A DNA stretch of 63,472 nucleotides, counting the filler, from Trichosphaerium sp. ATCC 40318 (lineage: Eukaryota; Protista; Tubulinea), in the NCBI GenBank assembly GCA_038496445.1. It is 3 parts of 3 records of this genome, joined end to end, with 100 filler letters (N's around TTAATTAATTAA, not from the genome) between each part and the next. Parts side by side here need not be neighbours in the genome. Positions count along the whole stretch, not along the records: positions 24,926 to 52,697 come from JALMLS010000116.1; positions 52,798 to 63,472 come from JALMLS010000169.1; 1 more part is not named here. One strand, written 5' to 3'. Of this stretch, positions 47,984-59,145 are shown piece by piece (position 1 is the first letter of the stretch; the number at the start of each line of letters is the position of its first letter). A program made the position numbers and the translations under genes. The notes beneath the pieces were generated by a model. It searched no databases. It had not been told where the DNA came from and worked only from the letters and a program-made list of their open reading frames with translations.

Positions 47984-50900
47984 TTATTTTCCTAAAAGAG
48001 CTTGTCTCATTGCTTCACGCAATGGTCCCTTTTCAAATTTATTACATCTAATCTCTATAGAAGGCAGCCCAGCATTTACATCAATAGGTTTTAGTATATA
48101 GTGCCAACTATCTCGGGAAACTTCTTTGACCTTGAAATGCCTCAAAGGAATACAAAATAGACGTCTTTGCATGTGGCGAAGCTATAAAAAATACAATCAG
48201 TCATTCGTTTGTACAACATTGCCTTTGACTACTTGCTAACCCTTTTTGTTTTCTTGAAGCGAAAAAAGGAGAAACAAAAAAGATCAAGCATCCCAACAAT
48301 AAAAACGTACAGCACTATAAGGATTTGATCCAAAGCAGAAGATATCACGGCCTTGTAACTTGAATATATGAGTCCTCCAACTATGCTTGTGATTGCTTGT
48401 TATAACTTTATAATCTAATAGACCAGTAGCATCATTCTTTGCCCAGTAAAGCCATCGTTTCTTCTACAAATAAAACAATAACTTAGTACAAAAAAATTGA
48501 GATAAACAGATCACTGTTACGAACAGAAGTTTGTTTGGTTGTAACCTAGACGTACCAGGATGGTATTCTGACCTTTAGTAACAACAAAAGTCCATAATTT
48601 TGCAAGGAAGTCACGCTTTATAACAGGTGTATCGAATTTGATCATCCAAGTTTTAGTAGTTCCGTTTTCCATGTATGCTGATAAACACACAGTGTTTATC
48701 ACAATGCCTACAAAGTATTTTTACTCAAAATGCTCAAAACTGTCATTGGCATAATAACAATCTTTTTCGAAGCGTTTCTCGTGACACTGCAGGAAGCAGG
48801 AAGAAATTGTTTTAAATAGTTCGAAATTTCAGGAAAATATGGGTTTTGGTATTGTTGCTTGTATTTAAAAGGCGTACTATCTGCTGGAGTAAAGTTTGGT
48901 ACTTGGAACGCTTCTATTGCTTTAACTTTATAGAATTTGTGAAGTTTTTGTCTCGAATCGCTTAACTAAATCGATCAAGTAAGCAAACAAAGCAAGAACT
49001 TCAACGTACATATTTGTAGAATATAATATGCCGAGAGAATATGTGACAGCATACTTTCATGGATGTATCTTTATCCAATTTAAGCAAGTACATTTCACCA
49101 GAGTACACGTGTACATCTGTCAAGTTCTCAAGTAACTCCTTAATAAAAAAGGAAAATGAGTAATGTGTTTATACAATACATGTGCTTTGTGTTGTAGAAA
49201 TGATTCTTACCTGACGATAGGAAGGCTTCAAGCCAAGATGATTTGCGTAAACCTTTCTCTTAGTTACTAAACAATCTTGTACCATAGTTTCAAGACGAGA
49301 TAATACATAACTAAACTCAATAAATATCATAAAAACTCACATGGAATAACGCACTGGAATTCTTTTGATTCAGACTCACGGAAAGATGCGTCCTCACGTT
49401 CATCGTAACGCACATGATCATAAAAAGCACGTAGAGTTTCTGCACAACGCATAGGATATTCTACACATCTCAACAAAAGAGCTTCGAAAGAAGCGTCCAC
49501 TCTAAAAGAACTATCAGAAAAACCCAAGAAGAAAAAAACAATTCTACCTCTCATTACAAAATATGCTTGGCAGCACCATGCCGAGTGCAGGTGATTCTAC
49601 AGCGGCTATATTCTGGATAATTATAAGTCATAATACTTATAATCATAATGAACAACGTACATCCAAGAGTTCAGTTACTTCAGGTGGCTGATTTGTGAAG
49701 AAATTACTTAACGTAAGTTCGTAATAGTACTTTGAGAAAACAGTTAGTCCATAATTTCAGGTAGTTTAATTCTTTGCTTACCTTCGTCAAAGATCCATAT
49801 AATGTGACAAATTCAGTAGACTTTAGTGGGTTGAAGTAAACAGAAGCGACAGGCTTTGAAAGTCCATAATGAGAAAAGTGCATAGTAAAAGCTTCTTGGA
49901 TTGATGTCTGTAATGCCTGTAATTCTTTAACAATATTAAACATATCTGTGAGCTGCATAGATATCTTTTCCTCAACTTCAAATCTCTTAAGGTATCTCTA
50001 CAAACAAAATTAAGACAAGAAAGATACAAAGGAAGGAGAGGAAAAAGAAAAGAAGTGAACTTACAACAAAGAGAATTGTCAACTCAGCCAAATGTCGTCT
50101 TTGCTCCAATAGGTTCTAAATTTTGATTGTCAGTGATGTAGTACATACCTTACAATACGTACAAGGTGTAGGAACGTCTGACGGGAGTGTTTGTGTAAGC
50201 TCTTGCGATTTGAAATGGCACCCATTGTATGAACAATATCAGCAGAGTCTTGTCTCACGAACACGCGCTTCTCAGGTTCTTCCTTAGGAAGAGGGTTCCG
50301 TACTTTCTCCATGTCTTTAACAATCTTTTTGTAATATTTATCGCCGGTCATATGAGCAAATGACTTTGCTTGCTCGTAAGGACTCTAAAAGAGGTTAAAA
50401 AAAAACATCAATAAAAAAAAGTAACTGCTTTTGAGTTTACCTTCTCAGTCTCTCCTGACTTTCTGAATGGATCACCTTTGTATTCAAGAAGTAATTTTAT
50501 AACCCTTCCTCTCTCGTCAATAGGAATCAGCAAATCTAGTACACTCTTGGCTTGCCTAAAACGAAAACTAAGGTAAACAAAAAATAGCACTACTTTTAAA
50601 ACGCACGAGTCTACAACGCTAGGATCTGCTCCATTTTCAAGCAAGAACTGAATAACAGGAGCTGGATGAAATGCGGCAGCATAATCTAGATTATGACATC
50701 AGAGTGAGTAAAAGAAAACAAAACAAACATACGTAGCGTTGATCGCTTCCCAACAAGATTAACATCTAGTCCAGCACTAAGCAAGGTACACATTGTTTGG
50801 ACCAAGGATAGATAGTCGTTGTCACTGATAGTAGAACTGAACTAAACAAATGGCAAATTTTTAGTGACTTCGTATTACTGGTTTGTAAATAGTTATTTTC

Positions 50901-52697
50901 AAAATAGTTCTTACCTTGGTTACCAGATGGAGTAAAGAGTTTCCTTCTTTGTCTGTTTTAAAAGTAATACCTCCCTTGCTGATGAGGAGTTGTGTTAATG
51001 GTATAAGCTTTTTATGTTCACCAACAAGAAGCACAAGCGGTTTACCACTTGCTATTCTTGTATTGACATTTGCTCCTGTGTCTATCAGTTCGCCTTAAAC
51101 CTTGTTAGCTAACAAAGAGTTATTTCAGTTGAAATACCAATGAGTCCTAGAGGTATGTCTAATGTTTCATCCTTTCCAACTTCTTCAGCCAAACAACTAT
51201 AGATCTGTTGTAACATACGCTATTTTTTCGAAGATTAACAATTAAAACTTTTGTTTTTTATGGAGAAACATGCGTTTCAATGGACGTACTTGTGAGGCAG
51301 ATTCTGGTCGTTGCATATAGTCAGTGATCAATGGTAACATCTCTGGTATACGCGAAGAAAGAGATTCAACACCTTCAAGTGACAGCTTTGGCAAAAGAAC
51401 AAAGAAAAAGTCCTTATCACGAAATATTGCATTCATAGGATCAATATCATGAAGCCTAAAACAAGCTCAGTAAACGTGATAGTACCAATAACTTGGCTAA
51501 TATACCTATGTAAAAGAGTTTCTATTTGTTTTAAATGATTCTCAGGATCGCTTGCTTGAATATCTTGCATCCGTTGAAGATAATAGATTGCCTTAAGTTA
51601 GGGTTAAAATAACATATATTTACTTTTAAAAAAGCTTTTCTCTGCTTACCATTACATAGCCACAAGGATCTAATGGGTTGTTATTCTGTAAACCAAGTGC
51701 ATCACCACCTAATTTACTAAACCTTGGAAAGTGGAACTGCCGTCGGTCTAGCTTCAGGATCTTATCAAGAGACTTAACATGGCTGCAGTCTATTCATTTC
51801 TTGAGTGTTTGGATTCCTTAGGTAAGTGCGTACCAACTGGTTCAGGCTCAGATATGTACAAATGTTGTAATGGTCTATGGAATGCTTTTGATAGAAGCAC
51901 GTCAACCTTCCAAAAGTTAAATAACAAACTTTGTACAGAAATACTACCTCATCTTCAGATTCTACTTCTCGCGCAAGAGTAAGAAGATTGGGACCAGCTT
52001 CTTCTTCGACCTGGATTAATGATTGAAAAGACATACTATTAACAAACTCTCCATAGAATGGATCATCGCATTCATCAAGAGGAATACCATTTACCACACG
52101 CAGCTATGTATAAAGTAAATCACCTTACAAACAAAAAGAACACATCTAAACTTACCAAGAACTTAAAAAATAAGCCTCTCACACGCACTTCAAACTTAGT
52201 TGTATAGAACTAATAAACAAGTTAGGACTTTTGAAATAAAAACTATATATCACGCACATCCGCTTGGCTCTCCATTGAGTTCAAGGTCTATAACACAATA
52301 AGTAAGCAACTAGATCTAAATGACATCAAACAAAGCGTACAGTTTCAAGAGAACGCAGTAAATAAGACTTGCTCTCCCGAGGTAAGTCAGGAACAGTCAT
52401 ATTAGATAGCATATCAACTCCTTTATCAAGATCAATCATTACATCAGCAGTCGTCAATTCATCCATAGGAGGAAGATACTCTCTCAATACTCCACACAAA
52501 AATGGCGTAGGAGCACCAAGGTATTGCAACTGTGATTTTGTCATCAGAGGTACGTATACCTACAAAATCACGCGTTAGATCATGTGATGATAATGAAAAT
52601 AATGTTGCGTACTAATCTACATTCGAACGGCCATACAAGTGCTAGTATTGCTTCGCAAACATATGTCAACTTTGAAGGACTAACGTTAATAAATTAG
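47984..52697 (-). CDS. Multi-exon DENN + ankyrin repeats + RhoGEF(DH)-like + PH-like protein, 5' end cut by linker
   Basis: DENN (KLTYVCEAILALVWPFE...YVPL...LQYLGAPTPFLCGV...IDLD), dDENN (EFVNSMSFQSLI), ankyrin (GADPSVVD, GANVNT, DKEGNSLLHL), DH-like (FSHYG...FEALLLRCVEYPMR), PH-like C-terminus. Confidence 0.75.
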
Positions 52698-52797
52698 NNN
52701 NNNNNNNNNNNNNNNNNNNNNNNNNNNNNNNNNNNNNNNNNTTAATTAATTAANNNNNNNNNNNNNNNNNNNNNNNNNNNNNNNNNNNNNNNNNNNN
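52698..52797. other. Artificial contig linker (N44-TTAATTAATTAA-N44)
   Basis: Identical to 24826-24925. Confidence 0.97.
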
Positions 52798-52798
52798 T

Positions 52799-53780
52799 GC
52801 CTTTAAAAAGTGGTTTAATAGAGCTATTAGGCCATAATATCCTTAAACTACTCCAAATACATATTTTCTGTCGTTTTTGCCTAAAAATGGAGTTGATCCC
52901 CAAACCACCATGAAACCATGCATCGTACCTAAATATACCTAATGCTACATTTTCTGAGCAGTTTGTACAGTTGGACCAAAGTTATTCAATAAAACAACAA
53001 AATTCAGCAAAAAGCTACATTTTGCACTTTATTAAGTTTTCTCCTCTACTTTTTAAGTAAATACCCTAATAACCTTAAAACACCTCATCTATTAATAATA
53101 CATGTTTTTGTACCTTACGATTACAGGCTGCCATTTAATTGCAGTAATTTTTTTTTGGATTTTTTGATCGCCAAATCCAAACAAAATTTGATGGCCAAAT
53201 TTTTTTTTTGATTGCAAGTGTATACTGATGGTTGTGGTTTTGGCACACATGTGATATATGTGTACACATACATTGTATGGAAAAAAGAGGAGTATGTTCT
53301 GTATCCAATAATTACAATTTTTCATATTATTTAATTGTACTCTACCCATACGGATCCCGTATGTAACCCGTACGGGTAGAGTATGGGTCAACAATACGGA
53401 ACCCGTACGGGTTAAGTATGGGTCAAAAGTACGGGTCACGTACGGGTTTTGTATGGGTCAAAAGTACGGGTTCTGTACGGGTTAAGTACGGGTCAAAAGT
53501 ACGGGTTCCGTACGGGTTTAGTATGGGTCAAAATCCCAATTCCAGTACTGATGTAAAATTTATACCGTACCGTGCTGCTGCAACATGAAATATTTTACAT
53601 AGCACGTTAACTATTTCTACAGGAAGCCTTGCACATGCATGGTTGGCGTGCCACATATTGCTTTCCAAGTAGTGTGGTGTGACTAGCTTATAGTGGCCAA
53701 ACCCTCTGTCTAAAATATATTATTAATTTTAAAGAATGATTGGGATCCTACTTTTACTCCCCTTCCTTCCCCTCCTCCTA
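52799..53780. repeat. Left arm of ~980-bp inverted repeat (truncated by contig start)
   Basis: Reverse complement of 56064-57048 with only a few differences. The same 115-aa spurious ORF appears in both arms. Confidence 0.95.
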
Positions 53781-53939
53781 TGCCTGGTACCAAACAGATA
53801 CAGAGCCCCCTGCAACAAATTCCACTACCAAGCCCACCAAAAACAAATCACAGACTTTGTGTCAGAAAGAACTACTACAAAGACAATTCTAGCTCAGATG
53901 AATGTATTTCAGATGATGACTTTTATTTTGACCTGTAAT

Positions 53940-54884
53940 ATTTTTACCATGTAATATCCTAGCACACATGGTTAATGTCGTCCACAGCACAATAAACCCA
54001 CCTACCCACTTAAGGGAAAAAACCACTTCAAGGTACCAGCAAGCCCCAGTATGTCATTGTCTGCTAACTCTTTCCCTAGTTCTACCAAGTTAAAAGTTCC
54101 AGCATCGTTGTTGTGCCCTATTAATTGTAAAAAAGAAATATTGTCTTCGTGGTTTACCTTTAGTAAAAATTACACGCAAAGGTACGCCTGACATGTTTGT
54201 TATAACAAGCGTTAAAATAAAGTGTGCATGCTTATCCCCTTAGTAGTACTCTTGTTGTCCGGGATGTACATGATTCTGATAATGTACTGTTTTGTCCATT
54301 AACACTTGGGCTCCTTCAAAACCTATGGGACAGGTACTCCAATCATGTGGCCATTCTATATAATCCAATGCTGACCTAATAATAGGCAACACATGGTGTA
54401 TCTGTCGTGAAACTGTACTTTTGTTTATTTTGAAGAGAGCAGCAATATCTGAATAAAAATTATAGTGTTTTATAAAATGTAAACCCAACAAAAGCTGAGT
54501 ATGTGGAGTTAATTTGTTGGAAATAATTTTTTTTTTTGTTGGCACCTGGTTTTTTCTTCACAGTGTGCTTAATTTGGTCTTTATTTTTTGGAAAAGAGAC
54601 TCAAATTCATCCTCATACCATCCAGTCATTTCAAATATGTCATAATTTTCGTAAGATATACTATTAGCAATCCATGGCCTTGGAATTTTCCTTTTTTTCC
54701 ATAAATGTTTTGGTTTAAAGCAGATTTTCCTTGTAAAGCGTTTGAACCCTCTTTGTGATCTCTTTAAAAAAGCAGATGCAAATCCTGTAACTTGGATTTG
54801 TTGCTGTTGTCTCATTTTTCTTTTCTTTTTCAGTAGGTGCAAAATTAATGTAACACAACACAATATGAGGGCTTGAAGTTTCAT
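53940..54884 (-). pseudogene. Decayed PIF/Harbinger/ISL2EU-type transposase (HTH_Tnp_4 + DDE_Tnp_4), with an intron
   Basis: FEMTGWYEDEFESL; LTPHTQLLLGLHFIKHY...IAALFKINKSTVSRQIHHVLPII; MDKTVH...VHPGQQEYY*GDKHAHF; GHNND after an intron. Contains a frameshift and an in-frame stop. Confidence 0.82.
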
Positions 54885-54999
54885 TGTTGTTCACGTTAGT
54901 AAATAAATAAATTTGTTCAAAAAAAAAAGGAAGTTCAGCTGAATATGACAACAACATAACGATATACCTCAAACAAACTTCTACACCAAGGATACAATC

Positions 55000-56043
55000 A
55001 TGTCAGATATTCTTCTGCCAGAATTGCCTCTTCCACTTATAGACAATTTTGACTTTACTGAGGATGTTGGAATGGAAGGATCTCAAATGCCACTAGTTGA
55101 AAAATTGTCAACAACCCAACAACCAATACCTCCTTCTCCAAACACTCCTGCCATTCAACCTTCCGTGGCAGCACCACCAACTGTGATTAACCAAAGTCAC
55201 ATTGACCAATTTTTTAGACAGAATCCTGACAGAAAAAGCCTTTTCAGAAGCAGACGATTTTGTTTTTTTAGATATTGCAAGTAAGCACTTGTATAGTGGT
55301 CCAAACTTGGAAATGAGTAATGGATGCTTTGAAGTTATATGCGCACTGTATGTTAAATTATAAGAAGCAAAGTCAGTTCAGCAACCATTTGAAGTACTTG
55401 TGCTCCATTAAATTGTATTGGGGAAAACCTTTTCACCACACCACCTTCCCTGACCCACACTACAAACGGGTTGACTTGCCAAGTGTGTAATTGACTTATA
55501 GACAACAAGTTTGACTTTTTTTTTTAGATGGCGCAACTAGACGCCAAACAAAACAAGAATGGCTTCAAACAGAAAAAAATCATATCAACAAGAGGCAATA
55601 CTACCAGCACCGCCATGAGTTGGGTGCAAAAATGATTGCCATCATAAAGGAGAAAAAGAGAGCATACAAGGTGTTGGGTGATACTGTGAACAAGAATCTG
55701 TCAGAGGAGCAAATCCACAAGCATGTGTGCTGGTTTTTTTTTTAACATTATTAAAATTTGTTTTAGTGTGTTGCAAAGGGAGAAGCTTGTAAGGTGGCTA
55801 AGGCGTCAGAACACAAAAAGTACATAACTTTTGTTTGATGTAACAACGTGATGCTCTGTAGGACCTTTAACCTTGTAGCACAAGAGCAGGCTTGTAACAA
55901 GGAGATTCTATCGATAATGAAAGAAATTATGGTTGAAATGCAGAAAAAGAGCTCATCAGACGAAATTAACATTCTACATGAAATATTGTCTGTGATGAGA
56001 CTCGTCTTAACAGGTAACAGCTTTTTATTTCTAGACTGCTGCT
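55000..56043 (+). pseudogene. Divergent second gene inside the inverted repeats (possible Harbinger-type accessory ORF), intron-containing, probably decayed
   Basis: Pro/Gln-rich first exon MSDILLPELPLP..., followed by GT-AG-bounded coding-like segments. No recognisable domain. Confidence 0.4.
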
Positions 56044-56063
56044 AATGCCAAATACAGCCCAAG

Positions 56064-57048
56064 TAGGAGGTGGGGAAGGCCAAGGGGAGTAAAAGTAGGA
56101 TCCCAATCATTCTTTAAAATTAATAATATATTTTAGACAGAGGGTTTGGCCACTATAAGCTAGTCACACCACACTACTTGGAAAGCAATATGTGGCACGC
56201 CAACCATGCATGTGCAAGGCTTCCTGTAGAAATAGTTAACGTGCTATGTAAAATATTTCATGTTGCAGCAGCACGGTACGGTATAAATTTTACATCAGTA
56301 CTGGAATTGGGATTTTGACCCATACTAAACCCGTACGGAACCCGTACTTTTGACCCGTACTTAACCCGTACAGAACCCGTACTTTTGACCCATACAAAAC
56401 CCGTACGTGACCCGTACTTTTGACCCATACTTAACCCGTACGGGTTCCGTATTGTTGACCCATACTCTACCCGTACGGGTTACATACGGGATCCGTATGG
56501 GTAGAGTACAATTAAATAATATGAAAAATTGTAATTATTGGATACAGAACATACTCCTCTTTTTTCCATACAATGTATGTGTACACATATATCACATGTG
56601 TGCCAAAACCACAACCATCAGTATACACTTGCAATCAAAAAAAAAATTTGGCCATCAAATTTTGTTTGGATTTGGCGATCAAAAAATCCAAAAAAAAATT
56701 ACTGCAATTAAATGGCAGCCTGTAATCGTAAGGTACAAAAACATGTATTATTAATAGATGAGGGTGTTTTAAGGTTATTAGGGCATTTACTTAAAAAGTA
56801 GAGGAGAAAACTTAATAAAGTGCAAAATGTAGCTTTTTGCTGAATTTTGTTGTTTTATTGAATAACTTTGGTCCAACTGTACAAACTGCTCAGAAAATGT
56901 AGCATTAGGTATATTTAGGTACGATGCATGGTTTCATGGTGGTTTGGGGATCAACTCCATTTTTAGGCAAAAACGACAGAAAATATGTATTTGGAGTAGT
57001 TTAAGGATATTATGGCCTAATAGCTCTATTAAACCACTTTTTAAAGGC
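56064..57048. repeat. Right arm of ~980-bp inverted repeat
   Basis: Reverse complement of 52799-53780. Confidence 0.95.
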
Positions 57049-57575
57049 GATTATGGGTTTCAAGCATTTTTCTGAAATAGTTGTTAAGTTGTGGATATTA
57101 AGTTGGGTTTTAGGACAATTAAGGCATGATGTCTAAAATATCTCCTCAAACAGGTCAAAAACATGGTCGTTTAGTGGTAATGGGGTTGTAATGTAATGTA
57201 ATGTATTGTAATGTGTTGTAATGTAAATGTACTTGTAATAGTTAAGAAAACAATAAACCAATCCATCGTTTTTACTATTTTGTGTACACAATTATAACTG
57301 CCGACACATATTTTGACCCGTACCTAACCTGTACAGGTTCTGTACTTTTGACCCATACAAAACCCGTACAGAACCCGTACTTTTGACCCGTACTTTTGAC
57401 CCGTACTCAACCCGTACAGGTTCCGTACTTTTGACCCGGATTAAACCCGTATGTGACCTGTACTTTTGACCTGTACATAACCCGTACTTTCGACCTGTAC
57501 AAAACCTGTATGGGATCCATACTTTTTGACCCGTACTCTACCTGTACATTATCTGTACTTCCGATTTTACTACTG
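56296..57575. mobile_element. Non-autonomous TIR element (hAT-like ends CAGTA...TACTG) with two subterminal ACCCGTAC arrays; partial inverted copy at 52799-53550
   Basis: Imperfect 17-bp TIR (CAGTACTGGAATTGGGA vs CAGTAGTAAAATCGGAA). Arrays at ~56310-56510 and ~57310-57560. No clean TSD (TTACAT/ATACAT). Confidence 0.65.
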
Positions 57576-58519
57576 ATACATAGTTAACATGTAAAGCTTT
57601 GGCGGATTTGTAGCACTTCACAAGTTATGCCTTGAAATTGTGTGGGAGTTCACTACAAAACGCCTGTTAGAGGCCTCATTGGAAGCTTGGTTGTAATTTC
57701 ACAATTTGTTTTTGTTGCCAATAATAAATGTCCAGCTTTACTGAACTAGTTGTTGAAAATTACCTTGCAATGGCCTTTAAGGAAATATTTACACTACAAC
57801 TTAACATGACTTGCGTGTGACCTGGTATCGCAACTACCTTATTTGAGAAAAAAAAAAGAGGTTAAGAGCCAAGCTATTATTAAACAATTGCTACTTCTGA
57901 CACATCAAGCTTTTTAACAACAACTACAAGATCTTTATGAAGGTACTCAATAATCAACTACTAAATCTGCAAAATCAGCATTTTTATTTACAAATTGTCA
58001 ATTTGACTTTATTTAAATAACTTACAGCACAACAGGCACAATAGCAACACCAAAAAAAGAGTTTTTAACTGTTTAAATCCAATGGATATTGGTTTAATAA
58101 AAAACATCACTGCAGGTCATGAACAGCGTATATATTCTTACACACGTGTGTTTTACCCCCCAGCAACGTTAGAGGTCGTCTTAGGACGAAAGTTTTTGTG
58201 TTATTAACGTTTGTCCTTATTACCTTTCAATTACAGATCCAACAGTTCATTACGTACATGAGAGCTATGTTTGCTGTCACTCTGACAAAGTCCCTACTAC
58301 ATTTCGCAGTACCATTCCACTACTTCCTCGAGGAGCTACTCCTTCATTGGCGAATCTAGTTGGGCTCAACTGCGTTGGGCAATTTTTCCTCAAGTTACTT
58401 TCACAGTGCACCTTTTGTGCAAAGTACAGTTTAACGAAGCAGAGAGGCGTTGTTTGATTAAGTAAACCTGCCTTGACTCTTTTACTCAACATTTCGCAAC
58501 TCTGTAGAAAGTACAAAGC

Positions 58520-59037
58520 ATGGGTCGTAAAACTAACACCAAGATGCTGAACCATGTTCGGTACAAGCCGAAATCAGCTGTACGCTATTTTACACAGGCC
58601 AACCACTAACTCTTGTAGTTGAGGGCTAAAAAGGAATACTGGTCAAGCTCCAAGGCGCGCAGGAACGCACAAGTCAGTCAATTCGACTTTAGGTACATTA
58701 CCTAAACAAAATACTTGAGAAATGACTTGAAACAGGCGGTTATGTATTCTAAAGGGTATTTACCCGCGTGAACCACGGAATAGACACAAGAAAGGGTTCA
58801 AACCAGATGCAATTCTATACAGGTACGCCCAAGACCGCTGTTCTTGCTCGTAGTATACGTTATGACATTTTTTAAAGAGCGAAGGATGTACGCCATCTAT
58901 TACACGACCCAATGCTTGAAACGATGCTCAAGCTCAAGACGTGGCACAAGAGAGTAAAGCGAGCAGAGCAAGCTGGCGATTTTGACGCAATTCGCACATT
59001 AGTTACAGAAAAACCGAAGATGAACCTAGACCACGTT
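58520..59037 (+). CDS. Pescadillo (PES1/Nop7)-like N-terminal fragment; continuation not found
   Basis: Spliced reading DFRRLCILKGIYPREPRN...LYRAKDVRHLLHDPML...KLKTWHKRVKRA...KPKMNLDHV, followed by a GTACGT donor. Confidence 0.75.
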
Positions 59038-59145
59038 GTACGTATTTCTTTTTTGGGTTTTTTTTCCTTTTTTTTTTTTGTTTTGAACGGAAGAAGAGGA
59101 GGTGGTTTTCAGAAATTATTTTTGGTGAGGGTTTGTTGGTTGAAA

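Noticed and set aside
53092-53439. Duplicated 115-aa ORF (also 56407-56754)
   Set aside because: A by-product of the inverted repeat and the ACCCGTAC array. GTG start and no protein-like features.
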